NCBI GenBank assembly: GCA_000182565.2
Contig: KQ257452.1
Reading direction: 5' to 3' (one strand)
DNA: 64,000 nucleotides
From: Spizellomyces punctatus DAOM BR117
Taxonomy: Eukaryota
Of the stretch, positions 51,962-64,000 are shown piece by piece. Position numbers and translations under genes: made by a program. Numbering within the stretch: the stretch's first letter is position 1; each line of letters opens with the position of its first letter. The notes under the pieces were generated by a model. The model did no database searches and was not told the DNA's origin. It saw nothing but the letters and a program-made list of their open reading frames with translations.

Positions 51962-52883
51962 ATGTCCGAGGGCTCAGAAATTTTGGACACCTATCAAAAA
52001 GAGTATGATACCCTTCACGAATCGTTGTTGAGCAAAGTCGAGACTATCGGCGCCGCAACTGGAGGTAGGCTTAAATTGGGATATGATAGCGTGCGGTGGA
52101 GGTATCAACTCCACCTGCACGTCTTCGCATCAGTTAGCCGGTGTTGCTCCACTATAATAACCACGGCATCACATTTTCGACGCTTGAATAGAACAAAAGA
52201 AACTGCTATATAACCAAGCGGAGCGGGAGCTCGAAGAGGCTGATGAAATCATCTCCCAAATGGAAGTGGAGCTTGCCTCCCTCGCAGCAGCAACGCGAAT
52301 GCGTCTTGCGCCCCGTGTCCGTTCCTTCAAAGAAGACGTTAAAAAGATTCGGAGAGATTTGCAAAAGGCCACAGGAGGTTCTGATCGAGACCAGCTACTG
52401 GGTCGCGGTGGACAACATGTAGTAGACTTTGAGGTTTCAAGTATGGACCAGCGCTCTAGACTGTTACAAGGAACGGAAAGGTTGCAGGAGGGAAGTCGGC
52501 GACTTGAGGATGCGAGGCGATTAGCGTTGGAGACAGAGTCCATTGGGATCAGCACATTAGAAGATCTCAACAGACAACGAGAGCAGATTCTGAATACACG
52601 AGATAGGCTTTCAACTGCCGATACATGGATTGCGAAGAGTCAAGGTGTCCTACGAGGAATGCAGCGACGGTGAGTTTTAACAGCGAATAGTTTGCCTGCG
52701 AACCCTTTCGTCGTAGCATGGGTCATGAGATTTTTATCTGCTACTGTAGCTGGTTCGCATGAGTCGGTCTGACATTTTTTCGCTTTTTTCCACAGCTTAA
52801 TGACAAACAAGTTACTTTCGTTTGGTATCATCATTATGTTGATAATCGTCATTTGCGCCATTATCTACCTGAAGTGGTTCTGA
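51962..52883 (+). CDS. VTI1: Qb-SNARE Vti1, 3 exons
   Basis: ELEEADEIISQMEVE, DQRSRLLQGTERL, ALETESIG...DLNRQREQI, C-terminal TM. Confidence 0.95.
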
Positions 52884-53175
52884 GTGTAATTGCTTACAAC
52901 AAAAGGTCTGGAGTGGGACAGAGAGCAACGTTTTCTGTCGGTGGTTTATGTTCGTATGATAATAGCATTTCGTCTTGCCGTCTGAATTATAAGGATAACC
53001 AAGCGTCTGTCATGCAGACCTAGCGTCATAATATCAAAATACGGCGATAGAGCACTATTGAATGGATACGACAAACTTGAACGGTACTGTGAATGACGTC
53101 AAATAACTCAAACCATATCTGCCCGAGTCCTGGCCTCTATATACATAGATATCCATATTCCAGTTGGTCCTTCTA

Positions 53176-54810
53176 TTATGCTCCTTCAGATGAAGGCAGT
53201 GACAACCCATTGATCCGCTTAGCCATTGATGTATACATCATGGCAAAGAATGAAGTTATATAAGGATAGGTAGCCCCAATTCTGATGATGGTGTGACTTG
53301 TTAGCTCTGCCCTCAGCCGTCGAAATGTTCAACACCTTACCGATTATGAATGCCATACTCTTTCGCCCCGTGTCGTAACCTTCGCATGAGAAGTATTATC
53401 AAGCCCAGTTTAGCCGCTTGGCGTGTCCATATAGTTCGTTTTCTGAACCAGAGCGAGGCCGCCAGTCTCCCGGATTCTGAGGTCCTTGGGGAAAGCCACC
53501 ACCACCGTATTTGACGCATAACAAAGTCAACTGCAGTACGTAAGGGCATGTCGACAACAGTGGTATTGGCCGCCCAGAGACAAAAGAGAAATAATCTAAG
53601 GGAACGATGCAAGCAGGAACGTGAGTTTTCATATATATCTGAGGCTACTTGCGATGATAACATATGATATATTAACATACGTTGAATCCAGGATGAAATC
53701 CTGATTGAACTTGCTCCTGTAAAGTTCCTAGCGGGATAGTACATATTCAGCACTTTCAATTTGGGATAAGCTATCATAGCGCAGCAATTGGCTTACCCCG
53801 ATGACGGTTGACTGTCGTCGAAGTATTTCTCGCTGTCGATTTAGCTCTTGTCGATACTGCGGACAGGCGTCAGAGCCAAACAATGAGCATACTGAACAGT
53901 GAATATACGAGAGTGAGCACTTTCTTGTCATACTTCTTTCATTGTCGTTTCTAGGAGGCTCCTGGTATTATCCAACGCCGTTTTTAACCTTTCAGCAGTC
54001 TTCCGTTGTACAGCTACCTCGACGGACAAGAAGTCGACGGAGCCCTCCAGAGTCGCGACAGTATTCTGAAGCTCGAGAACTTGCTGCCTACCCTTGAGGA
54101 CGGCTTTTTGTAGATGTCGATTTTTGGCAAAGTTGGACAGATTCACCACATAATTAACCGATATGAGTTTTGCGTTCATCTGGTTTATCTCTTTCTGGTG
54201 ACGGAAAGCATCACTGAGTTTGGAGACGAGGGTGTCGTAAGAAGGTAACTGGCCATCTTCGTCTTTCAAATCTGTTAAGTACATGAGTCAGGATAACAAA
54301 TCTCCAATAAATGGTGAAAAGCTTGTGGTAACCGGTCTTTGGTGAGGTACCCACCAACTTCATAATCGTTTTCCATTACCGTTCGTAGCTGGACAACGAT
54401 GTCCTTTGCATGCTCTAGAAGAGCTTTGATCTGCCCCGCATTTGCCCCATCCTCGTCGTCACCGGTTATTATTCCTTCAGCCCAAGCTGACGATCTTCTT
54501 AGGTCAGTAGTAATGTCATCGAGCTTTGCCAGCGCGGCAGCGGACGAACGCCGCGCTAGTGGCCCGGAGGGTTGGACCTGGGCTACAGAGCCTTCTGATG
54601 TAGACATGCTACAGCTGTTTCTCATCTGGCCCTGCGGGTTAATTTGCAGGAAGGTGAGCAGTTCTGGTGACGCTCTGGTGGCTGATGCCATCATCACAAA
54701 CCGTTCCTCTGGTTCCTGGATCCAAGGGTGCCAGATCCCGTTGGTCACACAGGGGCCAGGAATGCTTGGTAACCCACGACACTGGGATTTGTGGGCCAGA
54801 AAGAACTGTC
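53176..54810 (-). CDS. Uncharacterised coiled-coil protein with C-terminal hydrophobic segments; 5' exons unresolved and probably further upstream
   Basis: Spliceable ORFs with heptads (VLELQNTVATLEGSVDFL...ELNRQREILRRQ) and hydrophobic stretches near the C-terminus; no family recognised. Confidence 0.55.
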
Positions 54811-56016
54811 AGTCTGCAGATGGATGCAGCCACTGGATCGAATGAAAAGAAATGCAAGAGGCCTCCCTCGATTTAGGCAAATGAACTATGCACAAAAGAT
54901 GCTCCATCATGAGAAAACGGGTCCAATATGTGTGGCCATGAACAGATTGCAATTACTATCCCTTGCGGCATCTATGAGAGGAATATTCTGCAGCGGCCAC
55001 TGGCATGACGCTAAATGACTCAATATATTTGACTCAGTTTTTCTATATAAACCTCTTCTTCTTCTTCCCTCTTGTTTCTTTATCCCTCGACTCGCAAGCA
55101 TCTGCCAGCACTCAACTCTCAAGTCCATCATGAGAATCCTGCTCTGGTGCCGAGGACCTCGTCCGCCCGACAAATACAACATAACCCCTTGCAAATGCTG
55201 CTACCACTATACTGCTACGATCGCAGGTATATCTTTATGATTTTTCCCACGCGCATATTCCCAGTCTAATTCTGATCTACCTTAGTATCTGAAACATCCT
55301 CCAAGAATTTCGGAATCAAAGGGCGAGTAGGATTTCTCTCGTGGTGGTGGGCGCTAGTTACCCGGTTAGAACAACCGTAATATATTGCATGTGTAATTGG
55401 GCCTAGTGGTAGTTTGTTACTTGTAAGGAGTTAAGCTAGTTGGCTTTTCCGGGCTGGTTGTCGCCAGTCCAGTGGTTCAATCCACATTGGTGTATTGTTT
55501 GTAACATTAGTTCTTGCCAATACACTATCGTTAACATCTCATCTAGAATGCGTTGCTTCCAGGCGATATTGTCTTGTGGAGGCATACGTCATGTCTTTGT
55601 ACTCATCGAGCATATGGGAGTTAATTTGTCACAATGGAGCTGATGAAGCTAGGCGCTCTCATTGCTAGAGTATCAGGGAACGTCAGATCGACTGGTGCAG
55701 GAGATGAATGCGAGGATGATTGATAATGTTGGTGCATTTGGGGCAAACTGCAGAATGCTGTCTCCGCAGCAGTGCTACCCTCTGCTAGACGTAGAGGTAA
55801 CTGATAACCCAATCTACTAACTGTTCGATCTGAGCCGGCAATGATCGGCCTAACCAATGCTTAGTGGCTCCGAAGTGTATGAGCAGTTTGGGGAGCTCGT
55901 CATTGCATGACTTCCTGAAAGAAATAGAGCTCTTGAGAGCAGAGGATGAGATCCTTCGGGGATCGCTGCCTACGTGATCGTCTGGTTTACTAGCTATGTT
56001 ACCGAAATGTACAATT

Positions 56017-57021
56017 TTATGCAATATTTGCCAAGTAGTCTTTGATCTCTGATCCACTCAGTTTCTTAAACTTGCCGACTTTGGATGTCTGACCGTCGAA
56101 AGAGACCTCCTCCACCAGCTGTGCAATACCAATTTCGATGGTTGATTCAGTCATTTGACCTTCGAAGCCTTCTTTCAGAGTCAGGATGGCTGTGTGTACT
56201 GCGTCCTCAATTTCCATCGATTCATTGTATCTACGGGTACGACGTGCATATTAGAATCTTGTTCAAACCCAGCACCATTCCGATTTTTTGCGACTACTTT
56301 ACCTCTTCTCCAGGAATGTCTTTGCATTAACCATGTTTTTCCCTATCGCGCTTGCCTTCCACGCCCAGTAAGATCCTGATGGATCTACCTGGTACAGCGC
56401 TGGCCCAGTCTCGTCGAATCCAGCAATAAGAAGCGACACGCCAAACGGGCGCACACCACTAAAGTAGAAAGTTTGCTGTTAAGACGCAGTCCACCTCATT
56501 GCGCTACACGAGCCCGCCATCTCAACCAGTCCGGTACGACGCTAACCTAAAACTCACCCGCTCTGTGTAAATTCCTGCATAACGCTTGCAACCTCTTTGA
56601 CCAGCATTACGGTGGGCGGCTCCTCATGGTACACTCGTTTGTATTCTTGCGCACTCTTACGGGCCTTATCCACCAGTACACGAGCATCTGGTCCCATTCC
56701 TGAATATACCATGCCAATGTTCGAGGAGATAACGGCCACTTTCTCCATCGTCGAGTCGTCAACAAGAAACGAGGGAGTTTTCTTTTCAGTTGCGATCACG
56801 ATACCGTTTGTGGCTGTTTACGCGGGAAGTCAATAAAACACATAGCACTGCTGCAAAGGACTAGCTTCAACCGAGTCCACACCGAGTAATATTTATGATA
56901 ACGAACCTTTGATGCCAATGCTGGTAACACCTTGAGCAACAGCGTTGAGAGCATACTCGATTTGCACGAGTTTTCCGGACGGAGAGAATGTTGTGAGGGA
57001 GAAAGAGTAACGGTCGGCCAT
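56017..57021 (-). CDS. PRE8: 20S proteasome subunit alpha 2, multi-exon
   Basis: [68 protein letters not shown]. Confidence 0.97.
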
Positions 57022-57222
57022 ATTGACAGCTCAGAATGTGCCGAAGATGTTGTTTGATGGACGGGATCGTCGTGTCGTTGTAGTATGTCCAGTAACCACC
57101 TCGCACGCGTGTCATATTGCCTTGGACGATGATAATTTATCGCCAAAGTTATCAATATATCGACAATAGAAACGTAATATGGACCGGACTTCGTAGATCT
57201 CAACTCAACATCCGCTACTGTC

Positions 57223-59158
57223 ATGGCTTCAAAGTAAATATGCAACGTCTCGTACGGCTGCTGATCAGCTGTCCCAAAACTAACTAGTGTATAATGTTGT
57301 AGGTGGTACTTCCTTGACCAGTCTGAATCTGATTACTTGTCATCTTCCGGTTGGGAAAGGACAGACCCTAGCCGTCCGGTATCAGATGCCAGCAATTCGT
57401 CGGCCGTGGGAGCGCTCACTGAGGAACTTTACACTACTGACACTGATGCTAATAATTCGGAATATCCGAGCGCCCTCTCCCGGGCCGGGTCATCGTCTTC
57501 TTCGTCAATGTTGTCTGAGGACGAGAATCAAGGAGCGTCTCCTACCCCCGGTCCGAGCGCTGATAAAACAGAGCTTGAGATCCTGCCGCATACTCTCACC
57601 GCGAAGCGACGCCGCCAAGCTGCTGATACCGAAGTGGCGGATTTCCGGAACATTGTCATATCTATCGCAAACGAAGCTTTTGAAGACACGACACGCCTTG
57701 CGACAGGTGAGCCAGAACGATTAGGTTTGAGATCATCTACTACCGAAAGGTTAGCGATCGCGTTGCGCACCCGAACCGTCTTCGTTCTTCTATGAAGGTT
57801 TGGTCTGTTGATGCTCTTCTCCGGCAGGCTTGCTCTCTGGCCCTTACCGCCCCGCTGTGTTCCCCGGTATGTGCTCCATGTGACGATTATTTGGAGAGGA
57901 GTGGCAGCCAATACATTACACTTCAGATTACGGTCATTCGTTGATTTTGATGATGTTGATATCGAATCGCCCCCTTTTGACTCTGAAAACAATGGTCTTC
58001 CCAACTTAGTAAGTCACTTCACTGTTCAGAGTTCCGCTGCGGTATTCTTAAAAGTGAACGTAGTTTCAATCAAATGGCATCCAGCATGGCTCAACAGAGC
58101 CTTCAAATTTGGCCCATCAAATCAACAACGGAGAAGAGGCACTTGACGGGGAACTACAAGTTCTAGCAAACGAGCTTTGGTATTCCGAATGGTTAAGAGA
58201 ATGCAAGGTACAAAACCGATCATCTTCTCCTGTATCCAGGTATGTGACGCCGACTTCTATTACTAGCGTCTACGTACGAGTCTTAACATTGCGTTTTGCA
58301 TTTAGCTCATCCGATGGTCATCCGGTCTGCCCTCGGCTTGGACAGCTACACAAGCAGTTGTTGCGGAAGGAAACCGCCGGCATGATACTACAGGTCTTAC
58401 GAATGGTAGCTCAAGTCCGCGCAGTCAACCTGTAGGGAGCGACTGGATCTTGTGTGTGAGGCGTCCAGCTAACACCTTGGTTCTCGCTCTCAGGGAAGGA
58501 AAACAATTCAAACGTCGACCTGCGCTTTCTGATTGGGAGAGTGTGCTAAATGCTGCCGCGATTTGCAAAGTTCCTGACTCGTAAATATCCCATATACCAT
58601 GTCCAATTTAGAGTGCTATTGAGAAGGTCATCATTGTGACATGCTCATCCTTCTTCTATAGGGTACTAGCAAATGCTCGACGCAGACTGGAGCGCTTATA
58701 TCAACCAAAAATACGGAAAGGTAGTCAAAGACCACAAGGACCTTTCCTATGCTCTTTATTGTTCTAATTTCACTTTCAAAAAAGTGCCGCGAAAACGAAG
58801 ACGGACGCATAAATGTCTGGATGTGCATGATCAACTCGATGTCCTTGAATCAGAAGAAAAGCTGCAAACCAACAACGACGAGCACATCCGCGAGGGAGAA
58901 GAGGAACCTGGCAATGATGTGCGGATTCGCCGGAAAGGAATTCGGGGACCCCTACCTCCTCCAGGTCATGCCTTATTTTCGAATCCGGTGTTGAGCTGGG
59001 CAGAATTCCGACAGATCAAAACGCCACGCGTTCATGTAAGACCAGTCATCAAAAAAGAGAAGGAGATACAACTGAGTGAGGAGTTTGTAAATAGTAGTGA
59101 GGATGAGGATGATGATGGAGGTACGGGGATGCCTGAGGTGAAATCAGAACCTGTATAG
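57223..59158 (+). CDS. Possible Rrn9-like (Pol I UAF) protein, multi-exon
   Basis: ALWPLPPRCVP and DWESVLNAAAI...VLANARRRLERL resemble Rrn9-type motifs as recalled; gene structure is clear, identity is tentative. Confidence 0.5.
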
Positions 59159-59552
59159 TAGACGACACGAGACCATAATAGAACACAGCGGATATAATCA
59201 TATTGAACCGTCATTGTGGGACGTCCTTAGATCCTAATAAAGTATCAGACAAACAGATGCACATACTTGTGAACAAGACAATACGATAATAGTTTTATCA
59301 ACATTGCCATGGGCATGGTGGTCAAAAGTCTCAACAGTGTAATATAAACAAACGTTTCCGTCTCCACCTGTATTCATGGATGTATGACTCATATCAGCGC
59401 TCCCAGTCCTTTCACACTGTTGATCTCACCAGCTGCTCCCCCGCATGAAGAAAGCCATCGCGACAAGGAGGCAACTCATGTAGTCGACCACTTGTGTGGT
59501 GGCTGTTAATCAGCGTATTGAAAGTCTTCTTGTGATTTCCACGCTCGACACC

Positions 59553-62500
59553 ATGGCCGCAACTCACCAACATGCAACGGCGTTAAGTGACAGTGAGGAT
59601 GGGCGGCTCGTCTTAAAGTATGAACACTTCGCATATGGACGTCCGCCGATGATGACTAGGTTCTTACCTCTTGTATTCATCGCAGCAAATTTACCTTGTA
59701 TGAGACTAGGATGGTAAAGATGCGTGTGCAAATATATTCCGTTCTTATTACATGTTCAAATTCTGGCCACCTTTTCGGTTGCCTTTCCAGCGCTTTTATG
59801 TAGTAGGGTCAAATCAAAGCGACGAACGATTTCGGGTGTTGAAGATTGACCGTACGAGCGGCAGTGAACTGAATGTCATTGATGATGAAGTCGTTTATAC
59901 CAAACCGGAGGTTATGGACCTTTTGGGGATGATTGAGAATGGAAACAAAAATTCTGGTGGACTCCATAAAGTTGCTTCATTCTTTGGGATTGTCGGTGTG
60001 TACCCACATACCCTTGAGTGCTTGTCCGTTGTCCGTTCAGCCTGGACTAATTGTTGTGCAGGCTTCGTACGATTTTTAGAAGGTTATTACATTATCTTGA
60101 TCACTAAAAGGAGTGCAGTAGCATTGATTGGGGGACACTATATATATCATATTGATGATACCATGCTCATCAGCGTACCTGGCCCTGGGGCTAAGTTAGA
60201 ACGAAAACCTGATGAAGCAAGGTAGTGTTATGGTCGCGGCGGGCATCTATGCGTATTGTTTTTGTATCTCATCTTCGATCATTTCAGATATCTGCAAGTA
60301 TTCGGTCAAGTGGATCTCAGCAAGAACTTCTATTTTAGTTACACATATGATATCACGAGAACATTGCAGTGGAATATGAGTCTTCCCCATGGCCGGGAGC
60401 ATTTTGAGTACAACGACATGTTTGTATGGAATTCCAACTTACTGCGAGCGGGATTTGACTCACTGCGATCTGATTGGGTCTTGCCAGTTATCCATGGTTT
60501 CGTAGATCAGTCAAGTAAGTACAGCAACTCTTCTGGTCAACAATGCTTTCCTCACATCCAGCCTCTCAACAGAGATATCCGTATTTGGGCGCAATATTTT
60601 TGTCACATTGATTGCTCGACGGTCCCGATACTTTGCTGGTGCCCGTTTCTTAAAACGTGGAGTAAATGATAAAGGCTACGTGGCGAACGATGTTGAAACG
60701 GAACAGATTGTCTATGATGCCACAACCACCTCATTTTATTCACCTCAAGGCCGTTACGGGAACAAACCTGCCTATACGTCCTTTGTGCAACATCGTGGGT
60801 CCATTCCCTTGTTCTGGAGTCAGGAGACAGCCGCTATGGTTGCAAAGCCTCCGATTCAGCTGAATGTCATTGACCCTTTCTTTTCTGCGGCTGCGCTTCA
60901 CTTTGACAACATGTTCAAGCGTTATGGTGGTCCAATAATTGTTTTGAACCTCGTGAAAAGCAAGGAGAAGAACCGCCGCGAGTCCATTCTGCTGGATGAA
61001 TTCACAGAGTCTGTCTCCTATCTGAATCAATTTCTCCCACCCGAACGAAAGATCAAGTACATTGCTTGGGATATGGCACGGGCGTCGAAAAGCCATGATC
61101 AAGATGTGATAGGTGTATTAGAAGACCTTGCAGAGCAGGTCCTTACGACGACGGGATTCTTTCATAGTGGGGCGGAACCATACATAAATGCCCTTCGCAG
61201 GGCCAAAGCGGCGGGCGAGGATGCTCCGGTTAATCGCATACTAGGGCGACGGCAGAACGGCGTCGTAAGAACCAACTGCATAGATTGCCTGGACCGTACG
61301 AACGCGGCACAGTTTGTTATTGGAAAATGCGCACTTGGACACCAATTGTATGCACTCGGAGTTCTTGCCCACCCAAGCGTTCCATTTGATTCGGATGCAA
61401 TCAATCTTTTGAACGCCATGTATCACGATCACGGAGATACTATTGCGTTGCAATACGGAGGCTCACATCTTGTTAACACGATGGAAACTTACCGGAAGAT
61501 TAGTCGATGGACGAGTCATTCTCGAGATATGATTGAAAGTATCCGACGTTACTACAGTAACTCGTTCACGGATGCTGAGAAGCAGGATGCGATCAATCTT
61601 TTCCTGGGTCACTATGTTCCCACAGCAAACAGCAACACCCCTCTATGGGAATTAGTATCCGACTACTACCTGCATAACGAGGATCCCCGAAAAAAGAGTC
61701 CTTTGCGCAGGTTGGTTCTTACCTCATAGGGTATGCAGCAATTCCCCTGTATATTGATAGCTTTGGCAGCTACACACGTTGGTTCACGTGGGGAGCCATA
61801 ATGCGGCACCCGGACGGTTCGTCGATTCAAGTCGGACCATACCTACCTGGTGATGGATATTATGTGGAGTACTACCGTCCCAAGCTCTACACCTCGTTTG
61901 CCAAGCTATTTGCCTTTAACATGATTAGCACCTGCACTGGGTACGGGCCACTGCAGCTTATATTTGGCAGAAAGTAAGGCGCTCACGAACAATGTAGCTT
62001 AGCATCCAAGGACGAGGTTTTAGATCATAGCCCCTTCACTGTCCGTTTAAATCCCACACAAGCAAACCGGTATGCGGCTGTGAACTAGTTCAATTTTGAA
62101 GTTTTTCTGGATGTTTCTCACCGGATCTTCTATTGCAGCTATCTTATGATTTACAGGTATGGCCCTGCTGCTCACCGGGCCGTGAACGGAACTCGCCCTC
62201 CGTTGACCATTGATAATTGTACTGATTCATGCTCGGATGTGCCCTCTTCAATCGGGACCTCCAGCTTGAACATAGGCGGCGTGCGTCGATGGTTGAAACT
62301 CACCAATCAAGAACGAGAGACGCCTACGGAAAGCGGCAGAGCAAGTGAAACACGCGACACTGATGAGCATGTGAAAGGCAAGACGGGAGCCAGCAAAGAA
62401 GCTTCAGCCCCGTGGTGGACAACAAGCGCTTTAGCTTCGCGGTTGTTGGATCCACAGGTTCCAGGTAGCGAACTGAAAGAGTACAAACGGTGGGTATTCT

Positions 62501-62961
62501 CCCAGCGATTGTCGTGGACAGTGTGGTGGCTGATATCTCACGTTCTCCAGCTACATTCACCAATTCAAACCCTCAACCACCCTTCTAACACCCACTGTCG
62601 AACAGGATGTGAGAACACAATCTTCTCATCCTGATTATTCCATATTTGCGGAGTATGTTGGTCGAAGGCTTGGGGAACAATTAGATGGCACATCCCCGGC
62701 GGATCATTTCGAGGTCGACTCTCGCGACGAAGCTTTGTATACTACATATGTTGAAAAGTCGGGGAAGACGAGCCACTACGTTGGTTCCGGTGTACAGAAA
62801 ACGGATCTGCCCAGATACGAGGTGAGATGAACGGCCACTGTGTATATCTTGATTTGTTTGATGATGCATATTAACCAGCACTATGGCAGGCATATGCAAA
62901 ATGGTTGTCTACAGGAAAGTTTGTGTCCTCGCGATCCAAACCGGTCAAAGGAATGGCGTGA
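59553..62961 (+). CDS. FIG4: Polyphosphoinositide phosphatase Fig4/SAC3, multi-exon
   Basis: [48 protein letters not shown], catalytic [25 protein letters not shown]. Confidence 0.97.
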
Positions 62962-63278
62962 GCAATACCTAGTCATTTATGTACTTTTTTTATATTTATT
63001 GAGAGCATCGTTTGCATCGTTTTGTCTCTTGGCGGACAGCAACCCAAAAGCCACGTGATATACATCCTAAAATTTATCAATGCGCAGCTTCAACATTTTT
63101 TTAATCTGCGGCACGTTTCCATGATCGAATTTACCATAAACTCTTAACTTTTGTACAGCCAATTATGTAGCAAGTTGCACAGCTGCAAGGCTGTGCTTTT
63201 TATTTTCTGTTATTGCTGGAGGTTGATTTCTCCACACACAAGGACTCTGCCTTTACCATAACACACACTCCCGCTACA

Positions 63279-63956
63279 ATGAGCGAAAAGAGTAATCCTC
63301 CTCCTCCCGTTCAGACCACAGACCCGTCTCCCCCCGCATACGATGGCCATCCCCAAATCCCTATCGCCGCGCCTTTACAACCTCTGCCACAGACCACCGG
63401 AGCCGCTGTTCCAGCCGCGCAGCCTGTTCCATTCATGCACTCTGTTCCACCTATCAACGGAGCGTCTCATGGCACTCCTCCATTGATGTATCCTCCGCAA
63501 CCACCCCAAGTCGCCGTTCCCGGTCAACAGGTACCTGTGATGCTACCAAACCAGCCTATGTACGTCGCCCAACCCCAACCCGGCGTCCAGTACGCCATGT
63601 ACCCGGCAACCGTGGCACCAAGTGTATCAATCGCTGTGCAGCAGGGCCTTCATTTTGACGAGAGCAAGCCGCAAATCATGGTTTGCACAAGATGTCAAGA
63701 AAATGTCACAACAAGGGTTGCTATGGAGGCTGGTCCTTTTACATGGTTAATGGCCGGTCTCATTTGCGTTATTTGCTGCCCTTGTGCATGGATCCCGTTT
63801 GCGTCTGATACCTTTCAGGTGAGGAAAAAAAGCATCTTTTGTTGGTTAACTACATATCGGATTCTCACGATACATTTTCTGTCGTCTATAAAACAGGACA
63901 AGCATCATTACTGCCCGAAATGCAACAGCTCCTTGGCAGTCTTCAAAAAGATGTAA
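63279..63956 (+). CDS. LITAF-domain protein (2 exons, in-frame intron)
   Basis: Pro-rich N-terminus with PPAY, CTRC...hydrophobic CCPCAWIPF...HYCPKC. Confidence 0.92.
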   Translation: MSEKSNPPPPVQTTDPSPPAYDGHPQIPIAAPLQPLPQTTGAAVPAAQPVPFMHSVPPINGASHGTPPLMYPPQPPQVAVPGQQVPVMLPNQPMYVAQPQPGVQYAMYPATVAPSVSIAVQQGLHFDESKPQIMVCTRCQENVTTRVAMEAGPFTWLMAGLICVICCPCAWIPFASDTFQVRKKSIFCWLTTYRILTIHFLSSIKQDKHHYCPKCNSSLAVFKKM

Positions 63957-64000
63957 ATTACGTTTGGTTGAAGGACTTTTGACAAGTCAACGTGGATAGA

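Noticed and set aside
293-62899. Many antisense and alternate-frame ORFs in the six-frame track
   Set aside because: They overlap identified genes, often use non-ATG starts and show no recognisable motifs, so they are shadow ORFs.

Overview
Gene-dense eukaryotic DNA (roughly balanced base composition, many short GT-AG introns, several head-to-head gene pairs only 200-330 bp apart). It combines fungal-type genes (STB6-like, RRN9-like, lumazine synthase) with axonemal dynein light chain 1, so it most likely comes from a zoosporic (chytrid-type) fungus. About 31 protein-coding genes can be reconstructed by manual splicing. I found no tRNA, rRNA, CRISPR array or intact mobile element. The most notable items are not visible in the ORF track until exons are joined: (1) a PNUTS/PPP1R10 orthologue with an in-frame N-terminal atypical homeodomain, resembling plant LUMINIDEPENDENS; (2) a stand-alone ZMIZ1-N-terminal-like domain protein with no MIZ finger; (3) a parvin homologue (integrin-adhesome IPP component); (4) a probable DH-PH plus RhoGAP dual-function protein; (5) a Rab with a G3 Q-to-L change and no prenylation cysteines; (6) a formin GBD protein lacking FH1/FH2; (7) an intronless YdjM-like membrane metallo-hydrolase resembling a plant family. 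All homology calls come from recalled motifs, not database searches, and exon boundaries are manual predictions.
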